Below are positions 53,071-64,000 of a DNA stretch of 64,000 nucleotides, one piece after another. Numbering within the stretch: position 1 is the first letter of the stretch; each line of letters begins with the position of its first letter. The stretch lies in assembly GCF_009834535.1 (NCBI RefSeq), contig NC_045697.1, positions 96,846,001 to 96,910,000 of the forward strand, written 5' to 3'. This stretch comes from Camelus ferus (Eukaryota). Below the pieces are notes generated by a model. The model was not told where the DNA came from. It saw nothing but the letters and a program-made list of their open reading frames with translations, and did no database searches. The translations under genes were made by a program, and so were the position numbers.

Positions 53071-55419
53071 GGACTGTATAGAAACACTTAGTAACTATCA
53101 GTGACTCTGTTATAGATATTCTGACCCCAGAAGTTATTGTCATTGTGATTTGTTTGCTTGTTTTGAGGCAGACTGATTTTTCAGTGTGCCTTTATAGGAT
53201 ACTAAAGCAGTCTGAGAAATAATAGGTACACAACTTACCACAATCTGAAAAGTCTCCATGTTTTGATGAAAAGCAACAATCATACTTTTGGAATTTAAGG
53301 TCCATGAGAGCAGCCCTGGTTCTCCTCACTGTAGGAGGGATACTTCCCCAACGAGAGCTATGGGGAAGGTGAGTTACCCTCAGGAATTACCACCTTAGAC
53401 CACTCTTCCTCACTGTACGTTCAAATATAAGCAAAGTAGGTAGGTTATTTATTCCTAAGTCATGGAATACCTAGACAGGAGAAGTTATAATCTCAATGAT
53501 TTTATATACGTTGCAGATATTTTATCATTTTCACCAACCTTGTTGGATTTTTGTCTGCCAATGTAGTTTTAAATTTTAAGATGTGTAGACTAAAAACAAA
53601 GAAAAAATGTAAACATTATTTTGACTTTCATATTTCTAGCTTTAAATTGATGTTATTAACAATGTGAATTTGAAACTTTATTTTTTTGGATTTATTTTGG
53701 AATATTCACTTTTTAACTAGATGCTCTTATTTTTAACCAAAAAGTATTCTACATTCTTAATGGCAATAATAAATTATCCAACATTTTTATTACTTTAGGT
53801 GGTCAAAGTGCTTGAAGGCTGCAATGTAAACAACATATGCAGTATGTTCTGAGTCCTTCCACATGAAGTGCTACAAACCTACAGAAGTTACTCAAGCACT
53901 CTGAACAAGACATATGACCTATAAATGCATTAACACCATTACCTTTCCAAGAAAATAGTCTCAATTTTAGTTTACTAGATTTTACAACTGGAATCAAAGG
54001 GAATTTTTTTTTTAAAGTAGACATCAAGGTAATTCGGAATAGTGTATGCAATTCAATTCAACCTCAAAATATTTCTGACAGCTTTTGCAGATTTTGCCAC
54101 TATCCCTCAAATTTTAAAATTAAATTTCAACAGCTAGATGATTATGTCAGAAGCACTGAGCCCATCAAAGTGACAGAGTATCTTAAAGACATACTAACAC
54201 ATGTATATCATTAGCCATTAAACATTCCCCCCCCCCCCCAGTTATTGGAACAGATGATAGGAAAAGCACATATTGGAAACTACTTGGCTAATAGGAGTAT
54301 AACTTATCTGGAATAAATAAAAAATGCAAATTGATGTACTTTGCTTCAAATCCTATTGAAAACATGTTAAAAATTTACATAGTAGAGGTTCAAAAATAAA
54401 AATTACTTTTTTTTTAACAGAAGGCAAAAAAAAAAAGAAATGGAATATAATGTAGGAAAAATATAGAAAATCAAATGCAGAGATGAGTGCATATCAGCCA
54501 CATTACAAAAAAAAAAAAAAAAAGCTGTGGTAGTAAGGCGGGGGTGGGGTGGCTGTATCTGTTTAATATACTACGTAGTAGCAGCAGAATGTCCAGCCAA
54601 AAGCAATAGTATTTGACAAAGACTGTCACAATTTAAGTAATGATGACTATTTTTGATGGCACTGCTGCTGGTATGAATAGATTTTTAACTTTACACAATT
54701 CAGCCAGAGATTGGTGATATACACTTCCATTAAATTTAATTCTGTCTGTAAACTTTAAAAGTGCTAAGGTTGTGTACATATACATTTTTGATGTAAATAA
54801 AGTCACTCAATCTTTTGAAGAGCCACACATTCATCAGCTGACCTATTTACTTACTACATAAACTTATGAAAGTTAATTCGGTTTCCTGGGTCTATATGAT
54901 GAAATCTTAAAACATGGTGGTGATATATTATTTGCATGAATTGTGAGAACATGTGAAATTCCATTTGTTTTAGTTCTTATGGTAAAGATGCTGTGGTAAT
55001 TAGAAGGCATCACAGATAGAGTGCTGTACCTGACAATTGTGTTTTTCCATATGGCCTAATTTTTATAACTTGTACATTAAATTAGCACACACATATCACA
55101 TCTGTCTAAGTAAAAATAACATACTACTATAAGATATAGCATTTGAACCATAGAATATGGACTAGCAGACATTTGGTCCTATTCTAAACACCCATGGAAA
55201 CATTTGGTCCATGCCAAAAGATCCTTGAAATTTGGTCATTTCAAAAATATCCATGAGCATAATTTATCCATGACAAATGGTCCTTGATATTGGTCCTGTC
55301 AAAAACATCTCTGTTTAGAAAATGTCCCTGGGTTCAAATAGTCCATATGTTTATTTATACTTTTGGTTTATGAGATTAATACATAAAAATATTACCATAT
55401 TTTATTGATCTTATAACTA

Positions 55420-56102
55420 TGTTATGGTTGTATTGCCAATAAAAACCCTTCTCACCTTGGCAGCCTAGCTAATAATGGGACAAGGAGTTAGGGAGATGGG
55501 TTGGGGTTTGAATCTTGCAGAAAAGCAGAAGTTACATTAACTATGATTACTGAGGAAGAGTCCTACAGTTAGTGAAATGCATAGAAAATAACAAATCAAG
55601 GATAGAATCTTATTATACATGGTGCATTAATATGTCACTGAACACTTGGTTGAATGTGGCTAGGTCATTCAATAAGGGCAGACTTTGAAAGGAAGAACTT
55701 GGTCAGACTACTGTGCAGACTACTGTGTAAAACAGGTGGTGAATGTGTTGATATAAACACTTTACAAAGTATCTCACTTGTCAGTGTAATGTTCACCATG
55801 AGGAGTATACCAGCATCTGATTAACCCCCCACCAACTATCCTACTGCCCAGGGTTAATGGGCAATGTTTTCCTTGAATTGATTTCCTATAGAGGTACAAC
55901 TGAAGTAAATCTCAAGAAGCATAGAGAGGTTTTAATGAGTGTGATGCCCGCACTTACCTGCCAATCAGTGTGGACCAGGAGGGCCTCAGCTGGTGTCTAA
56001 CTACTGGTTGATCCAGAGTGGCTAAACAGGGCATTGAATCCATAGGATATTAATAAGACTTCCTCTACCAGAAAATCAGTGACCATTGGTCAGATGGCTA
56101 CA
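55420..56102 (+). mobile_element. Putative solo LTR or captured segment inside the MULE
   Basis: More GC-rich ~680-bp block, TG... start, ...tggctaca end, with attaataa ~50 bp before the end; family not identified. Confidence 0.35.
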
Positions 56103-56165
56103 AAAGAAAAAAAAAATAACCCTTATTTTGTTGCTTGGCAATATGACATCTTCATTTGAAAATTA

Positions 56166-57561
56166 TTGGTTGAATATGGCAGAAACAGTATACTCACAAA
56201 AAGTTTTAAAAAAAAAAGTGCAATGTTATTATGGTTTTTCTTAACATTTCATTCCTTTAACAAAAATAGGATTAAAAGGTACCAGCACTACAAGTGGAGA
56301 TCCTGCAATGTCAGATATGTAACTAGTCAGGATTTGGATAACTTTCCAACTATTCAAGACGGGACAGGAAAACATCAGCATAATGCTGGTGTTAAAGAGG
56401 AAGTAAGGAAAACCCCAAATAGGTTAAAATAACACACAGAAGAAAAACCAAATGCAGTGCCACCACAGGCACTTTAGAGAACTCTCTGTGATTTTCATGA
56501 TATTCATAATGAAGAGGTCATTAAAGAGGGACCTGAATAGAATTGAAAATACACATCAACCTCCAAACTCTACTTCATTGCATGAGGTTGAAATTCCTGA
56601 GGCGTATACAGTGATCAGATGTGGAGAACTATTTCTTATGTATGACTCCAGTGCTCAAGATGACGAAAGAATTCTTATTTACACAGCTTATGACAGTTTT
56701 CAATATAAGTGTCAGTACCACATCACTCAGTGGTACAAGATGGCACCAGTTATTTCAAATCATCCACTCAGTTATTAACTGTGCACAGTGTAGTACTGGG
56801 GTATATTACACTAGTGATTATGCACTAATAATGAAAAGGTGAGAAGACACAGATATATATGAGAAAGTATTTGCATTTGCATGGGAAAAATTCAAGATTA
56901 TGTTGTGCGTGATTCAACTACGCCTACCAAATGGACAAGTAAAAGAAAGCCTGTTGCACTTTTCAAAATCACCGTGGCAAAAAAATATCTTCGTGGGGTC
57001 TAACATGAGAGTATATGACAATGAAAAGTAACTCCATGTTGTTTGGATTTTCATGCCTTTGGAAGATATAAATGAAATTTTGGTGTACATTGTGGAGAAT
57101 TCAAAAAAAAAAAAAATTAGATGACCTAATGGATTACAGTGAGAGTGTACGTCCCCAGAAGGCGTGGCAGAGGCAGAAGAAGACCAGACGCTCCAAGATT
57201 TCCACCAGAAACTTGGACTGTTTATACATCAGAACTGAACATCAAACACAGGATGAACAATGCTGCAGAAGGCTGGCATAGCAAATCTCAAAAGCTGATG
57301 GTAGTGATTAATACTTAAATTTGGAGATTTATTAAAATGTAAAAGATGAACAGCAAAGCCATGAATAAGATTCTTGGTGGTCACACTCAAAAAGGCCATT
57401 AACCTCATGATGATACAAATAAAATAAAATTCATATTATAGAGATTGTTAACATATAACAAATACAAAGTCAATAATCAGATCGATATATACCTGAGAGC
57501 AATTGCTTATTGACTTAAGAGTAATTCTGGTGAACTTCATGATGAGGAAGAACAAGAATAA
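56166..57561 (+). pseudogene. MULE transposase pseudogene (FLYWCH-like Zn finger + MULE DDE domain)
   Basis: Motifs across frames: FHSFNKNRIKRY..SCNVRYVT..GKHQH; GELFLMYDS..DDERILIY; WY.DGT..QLLTVH (56731-56786); YALIMKR..YEKVF; LLHFSKSPWQK (56951); PRFPPETW; RMNNAAEGWH (57250-57279); YLRAIAY; stop at 57559-57561; AATAAA at 57592. Confidence 0.85.
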
Positions 57562-58179
57562 ATGTGAAATCCAGAATTCATCATGAACTGCAATAAAAAT
57601 AATGTAAATAAAATTTTAATGAAGTTAAATGTTTGTATTATCAAATGGACCAAATGTCTCAATGGGTGTTTTGGACAGGACCAAATGTCCTCCAAGGTAA
57701 AACATATAATACCATAAAATTAATTTTCTGGTATTCATTATTTTTTAAATGACAAATGGCTTGAAAAATTGATCATCTTGGATATATAACCCTCACATAT
57801 TCTTATTATAAATCTTCAAGTATAATTGCAAAGGTGTTATGTTCCTATTACAAATACAAAGACCCATCACATCACTGGTTTGCTTTCCTGAGTACAGAAA
57901 AAATTTAGTTGGCAGAATTTAATGCAAAGTATTGGTCATAGAGACCTCTAACTCCACCATTTCCCACAATAAAGAATTTGTTCAGAGTCAGAGACAGATT
58001 TTAATCAACTGCAAATTTGATTTCAATAACTTCTCATAAAAACTTTCCAAGTCTATTTTCTCATCTAAATGACAGACTGATGACTTCTTTTCATCTTAAA
58101 GGTTTGGGGAGGAAAGTTTATCCTAAGGCAGAGATGATTTTAGCAGAAAAAGAAAGACTGATGCTAAATTCTACCCCAT

Positions 58180-58432
58180 CTCTGTCCTGGTGGGTAATGT
58201 CTGTCTGTCTGTCTTTATATTTATTCCTCTTATAATATTTTGTTTTCCTCCACAATCCTTATCATCTGGCATATTATGTAGAATCTCTATTTATTATTTG
58301 TTTCTCCTCCCTAGCACATAAGCTCCATAAATGCAAGGATTTTGTCTGTTTGCTACACCAACATATCCCCAGTACCTAGAACAACAGGGCCTGCCAAATA
58401 GTGTACACTTAATAAATATTTATTGAATTAAA
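58180..58432 (+). mobile_element. L2 3' end
   Basis: taagctccataaatgcaaggattttgtctgttt...ccccagtacctagaaca...aataaatatttattgaat. Confidence 0.75.
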
Positions 58433-58509
58433 GCTTTTCCTATATCTCCTTAATTAATATCCGAAATCACCTATGACCAGATTAATTACTGCCTTTGCCA
58501 AATTTCAAA

Positions 58510-58672
58510 AGCAAGTTGGCTACACAATTTGTCAAGCTCAGTAAAAAATAAAATTGCTCAAGAAAATTCTTAAGAATTTCAAGACAAAGACAGCAAGCAT
58601 TATACCAAGTGCAGGCACATCTGAGTGTTGGGCCCCGTGTAAGTGCGTGGGGCCTCACACCTATGAGCCCTG
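58510..58672 (-). mobile_element. MER45A-like hAT-Tip100 MITE
   Basis: ggctacacaattt...ttaagaatttcaagacaaagacagcaagcattataccaagtgc...ctgagtgttgggcccc...cacacctatgagccctg. Confidence 0.6.
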
Positions 58673-59074
58673 TTGAAAATCTTCAATGTTTAGACTTTTA
58701 TATAATCAATACAGGAACAAAGAAATTTTTAACATGCCTAGATATACCGTTGTTTAAAGATATCTGACTATAAAAGGGATCAAGTTGGGATACATATTTG
58801 TTTAACTAAATATATAAATTGAATCAGCAGAGACGCAAAAGATTACAGCCAAGCCAAGGTAGACTGATATTGCCATTTAAAGCACACTTTAAAAAAGTAT
58901 GCACCTTCCAAGATGACTGTTAATTATGTATTAATCTTAGGTCTCTGTATGATTAACAACATTATATCTCAAAACCACACATGTTGGGCTGTGACACAGA
59001 GTGCTGTGATAGCTGATGATAGCTGATGATGGCGGTTCTATGTCAAGTGGTATTTGCTCTCAGTTTAACAGCCA

Positions 59075-59300
59075 GTGGATACCCAGGACTGGTAAAATTA
59101 GACATCATTCAAATTTGAGGGGACCAAGTGGAAAGTTGAAAGACTGCGAACAACTGATATGCTAAATAGGACTGCCTAAGCAGAAGAGGAAACAGTTGAT
59201 CAAGACTCAAAATTACTGTAGTCCAAGGCAAAATGAGACATATAAGGGATCAAATGAGAAATTTTAGTGCTAGTAGACATTATGAGCACTTTGGCATGTC
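59075..59300 (+). mobile_element. CR1/L3 LINE fragment (RT region)
   Basis: attcaaatttgaggggaccaagtgg...gatcaagactcaaaatta...gatcaaatgagaaattttag loosely resembles the CR1 KFADDTKL...IQ.DL region. Confidence 0.35.
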
Positions 59301-61901
59301 ATACACAGGTGAATTTAGCAGGGTCAGAATACAAATTTAACCATGTATATTTCAAAGCCCAGATTTTCCCTGGAATTTAGAGTTTACACAATCACAATCC
59401 CATAAGTGCCAACCACAATAATTACATAAGTATATTTAATCTGTTGCAAAACCACATTTATCCCAATGAAAAGCTACATTTAAGCCAGTTGTACAGTGTC
59501 AAACTTACAGCCCAGATTTATTCTAATGTCTAAGTGCAGCTCCTAAAGAAAACCCATTTTATTCATGCTTGCACTCCAGGACATTAGAATTCATTCTATA
59601 TGTGGTATTTGTGAATATTCCCAGTATCTGGAATTAGAAAATAAAGTCAGTTGAAGGACACTATGGAGAAGAAGGAACACTTCCTTTTTAACATAGAAAG
59701 AAATGCTGACTATTCATTTGAAAAAGAAAACGTGCATTCAGGGATTCAGGCTTGCTTTCCTATTCTAATGTAAAGCCTAAATCTTGTCTATAAGAATAAA
59801 AAGAATAAAATGCTATAAAGGCATGCATTTATAATGCATTAATTAATTAATTATATTAATTAATATAATGCATGCATTAATAATTTTATGATATTCTCAT
59901 GATATATGTTTTCTTTTGACTAGAAGCTCTTCTACCTAAACCTTCTAACAATAAAATGCACCCTCCCTGTGACCCTTGGTTGGATAGTTTCTGGTGGTTT
60001 ACTTTACAATGATATCACAGATGAGTAATAGTTGTGAACAGCAGTTAGTAGCCAATGTTAAGGATTTCTCCAATTGGAAGTGATTTATGTGTAAAAAAGG
60101 ATAAAAGAAGTTCTCATGGCAAAATTACATTTGAAAATAGGGTCTTTAGAAGTAGGAAAATTAGTTTTCTCGAAGCAGTGATCATACAAGAACAGCTGTG
60201 ATGACTGGATCTCAGCCAAAACCCTTACAAAAGCTCAACCCTGTTAGAATATAGCAACGAGGTGTCAAATTCAACCATTAGTTAATAAGAGATAGGTCTT
60301 AATTAAATATCAGGCCTCTGCCATCATCCTTATGTTGAAAGAAAGTCAGGCAAGTATACTTGATGTGAAAGTAATCATAAGAGAGGGTGAGAAATATCCT
60401 TTGTAAAAATATTCAATTCAGGTGACTTAGAATTGTGCCCTTTCTGCCTATGTACAATTCTGATACATTTTGTCACTTGATTTAGAAATTAAAAATTTAA
60501 TTTATCAATTAAATAGTTGAGGTTTAAAGAGATGGTACTGAATCCTTTTGTAAGTGACCCACATTGGGCCTATGGTTGCATATTTTTTCCTTGAATATTT
60601 CTGCCGCATGCGTGGAGGCAAGAAATCAAGAAAAATGCTTTCCTCTTACCATCCTCTCTACCTTTCTCTTTCTTCTTTTTTTTCCCTTGAATTAACAATA
60701 GTTTATCAGGAAAGGCTTTTTTTTCCTATCAGATAATAAAAAAGTTAAAAGAGAGAGCTGTAGTCTCTTGACAATCAGCCCAAATGTCTTTTCTCTCCTA
60801 CGCTTCCTGCCTCTTCACTCAACCTGTATCACTGCTTCTTTACGCAGGGTCAAAATATGGTTTACTCTTCACTGAAACTCTAACTTTTGGAGAAACCTAA
60901 GACGTAACCAACAGTATAAGACCCACGGTGCTCTTACAAATAAAAAATATGACAAATGTGGCAAATTATAATATCTAAAATTTTAAAATAAAGGTAATTT
61001 AAAACAGAAACTTCACTTTTTAATTTAATTCGGTATGTTATTTTTGAACTTCAGCAATAAAAACATTTATCCACTAGTTATTGTGTGAGATACATATATA
61101 CAAAACTTAGAACAATTTTCTGTCTTCATGTATATTATAATCTTAATGAGAAGGAATGATATACCACACAATATTGCTTAATAAAAGCAAAAGATCATAT
61201 GGAAACAAAAAATGACTCAAATGACTGTCTCATCTACTAGAATGTGAACTCCACATTGGCAGGAATTACTCACTCTTAAATCTCTAGATGATAGAGCAGC
61301 AGTAAAACACACCTATGCACAGTCACACCACACATACCTACACACACCCCCACACACAGGGAGTAATTTGTCACAGTCAATAAATGCCATATTAGTTAAG
61401 ATAAATATCATCAGGGGTTAGAGTACTCACACAAACAATAAATATCCATGTTCATTCTAGCTCTGCACAATAAATTTTGAAATATGAGCAACTTTTGGGT
61501 AGGTAAAGTCTGAGTGGGCATTTCAGGGAGTAGAAACTATAGGAAAAAAGCACACAGAAAAATAAAACCAACATTATGTTATTGTGGAGTGGTGGTGCAC
61601 TAGGCTTGCCGAGAAGGCAATCAATATTAGATTGAGGAGCATGTGCACAGTGTGACTGTGTGTCTGTGTCTGTACAGAGAAGGGGTAGAAGCAATATGTT
61701 GAAGATAGATAGTAAGGGTTTGAAATTCAGTTTGAAAAATTAGTAAAGAGAACATACATATTTCAGAAAAAAATTTCCTAAATATTTTATTTCAGGATAA
61801 TTTGATTTCCTGATTTTTTATACTGAAATGGTATCTCAAGATAGTTCAAAACTGAATACATTTGTAGTAAAAGAAGACAAGTAACATAGTGATGCTCTAA
61901 C

Positions 61902-62122
61902 CAGGCATTAGCATTAGCAAACTACAAGCCATGGGTCAACTTCATCAACCACCTGTTTGTGTAAATAAAGTTTTATTAGCACCCAGCTACATCCATTCAT
62001 ATTACCTATGGCTGCTTTCACACTACAATGACAGATTTGAATAGTTGTGATGGAGAACATCTGGCCTATAAAGCCTAATATTTAACATCTGGCTTTTTAC
62101 AAAAAAAGTTTGCAAGCCCTTG
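61902..62122. mobile_element. MER58A-like hAT MITE
   Basis: gcaaactacaagccatgggtcaa...cacctgtttgtgtaaataaagttttatt...ctatggctgctttcacactacaatgacaga...aaagtttgcaagccc. Confidence 0.8.
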
Positions 62123-62984
62123 CTCTAGATAAAAGCAGAAAACAGGGTACTCATTCGAGAGACTGTATTTCTACAGAAATATATACACCATATGAAGATA
62201 GGTCTCAGAAAAGAGAGCAAACAACTCTTTCTGAATCTGGAGGAAGTAGGAGTGCAGGGAGTGGTTTAAGGCCTTAGAGTCACAGTCACATCTCTAATCC
62301 TTGAGCCTCATGTCCCAGGACATAGAAGACTGTGCCATCTGTTAAAGTGAAAAGAGTAGTGTCAGTAACCCCAGGGCTGGGAAGATATGGGTAGTTCAGC
62401 AACCACTGCAAGAATATCAAGAAGCCAGTATAGCATAGCCAGTGTAATAGCTGCTCTCCATTGCATAAGATAACTATTTGGTTAGGTCACTCTCTCTCTG
62501 CCTCTTTATGCCTCTCTCTGCCTCTCTGTCTCACACACACACACACACACAGAGCATTTTACTAAAACTCTCCAAAACACTGATAAATTTTATAAATTCA
62601 AGGAAAAAATGTTAGATAATCTGGGGCTCAATTACTTCAGCCTTTAATTTCTATGTAATTCTGGAAATCTGTATTTTAATAAATGGTACTGGAACTTTCA
62701 GTTTGACTTTGAAGGCACTAGATGCCTGTATTAGCTCTTTTGCTACTCAATAAAACTTATTTCAGAGTAGAAACATCAGAGAACAAATAGATAAATAATT
62801 AAGTTTATGCCCTTCCTCTCAACTTGTGCTCAGTATATGTGCGTGCTGCAGATTACGACACTGGTGATAAAAAAAATATGACAATGAAAACACAAAACAT
62901 TAACTTAATACGACTAACCATATTTGCAAAGCCAATCTTTGGGTCTTCTGTATGTCTTTCTTCAAAGTAGTCCGTGATGGAAAG

Positions 62985-63190
62985 ACCATGGTCATTACAA
63001 CAAAGAGATTTGGGATTAAATTTGAGTGCTTTCAGTTCTTAGATACATGGTTTTGCAACTTGCTTAAACTCAGTGAATCTCAGATCCCTCATCTGTAAAA
63101 TGGAAATAATAATGCCTGCTGAGAAAGCAAGAATTAAGACAAAATGACTGAAGTGTCTAACCCAGTGACTGAAAAAATAAATGCAGGTAC
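62985..63190 (+). mobile_element. MIR SINE
   Basis: cttaaactcagtgaatctcagatccctcatctgtaaaatggaaataataatgcct. Confidence 0.65.
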
Positions 63191-64000
63191 TGTTGTTTTT
63201 GTTGGTAGGTGATTATGCCAATTTTTATAATAGTTTTTCTTTCTGAATATGCCACTATCTAGAGCTTGTCCCCTAAATCACAAGACTGCTTATAGTTAGA
63301 TACCTATATACAAAGGACATTGTTGACACTGAGACCCCAACAGGTTGTACAGTCCCTGTAGGAGCTCTCAGGTGAGTAATTCTGTAACAGATTATGGATC
63401 ATTCTAACGTATGAAGTTTTTATAACTTAACCGGCTTAAGTTCTTTAATACAATAGTTTGCACCATGTAGTCCAAACTGTTAATCCAAACAACAGCAATT
63501 TTAACTGGTTTCCTCCTCTAGTACCATTCTCCAACACCACTCCAAACCCAACTCAGAATAAATAAGAAGATAGAAGTCCAGAGCTAGTGCTGGCTTCATA
63601 TAGATTCATTCATAAGCCCAATTTCATCATTTAAAAGCCAAATTCTTTGTATCTTTCTTTTCTGCTTCTCAAATTGTCAACTTTTCATGAAGTAGTTTTT
63701 CTTCAAGTTTCCAGGATGGTTACCAGAAATAACCAGGGCCTTGTTTACATTTGGCAAAAGGGTACTTTTACACAATTAGCTAGAATTATATTGTATTGCA
63801 TGACAGACCTAATTTCTTGGGGTTGGTTTATCCTTAGACCAAAAAATTGCAACCCTAGAGCTGAGACTACAACCTCCCCTTAGGTATTCGAGCTGCAAGT
63901 TATCTTTTAGGATGATGAAGACAGCATATGGATGCTAGGTAATATTTGTAACAAGCATATAATTTACTACATAGTTCTGTCAGTATCTTCCTTACACCTT

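Larger units (their letters stand above)
55159..57696 (+). mobile_element. Mutator-like (MULE/MuDR; FLYWCH+MULE) DNA transposon fossil
   Basis: TIRs 55168-55212 and 57645-57689 are 40/45 identical; subterminal catttggtcc-like repeats; decayed transposase; possible degraded 9-bp TSD atagaatat / gtaaaacat. Confidence 0.85.

Noticed and set aside
55168..55345. Short spaced repeats superficially like a CRISPR array
   Set aside because: Mammalian DNA, irregular 10-bp degenerate motifs, no cas genes; explained as MULE subterminal repeats.

Overview
AT-rich mammalian intronic or intergenic DNA. It is most likely camelid (alpaca, llama or camel), judged from a tRNA-derived SINE at 8563-8698 and a Tigger1-derived MITE. 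I can support no intact protein-coding gene. The window is mostly transposon fossils (L1, L2, MIR, MaLR/ERVL LTRs, MER20, MER58, MER45, Tigger) separated by repeat-free stretches that look like conserved non-coding elements, plus one strong CTCF motif. Two elements stand out. (1) A ~2.5-kb Mutator-like (MULE) DNA transposon fossil at ~55159-57696, with 45-bp TIRs, a subterminal repeat array, a decayed FLYWCH+MULE DDE transposase and an LTR-like internal passenger; its TIRs do not resemble Ricksha as I recall it. (2) A young, TSD-flanked 3.1-kb 'half-L1' at 12215-15291 with a full 5'UTR, ORF1 and 3'UTR but almost no ORF2, whose junction is compatible with splicing. Repeat family names come from recognising consensus motifs by eye, and boundaries of old repeats are approximate.
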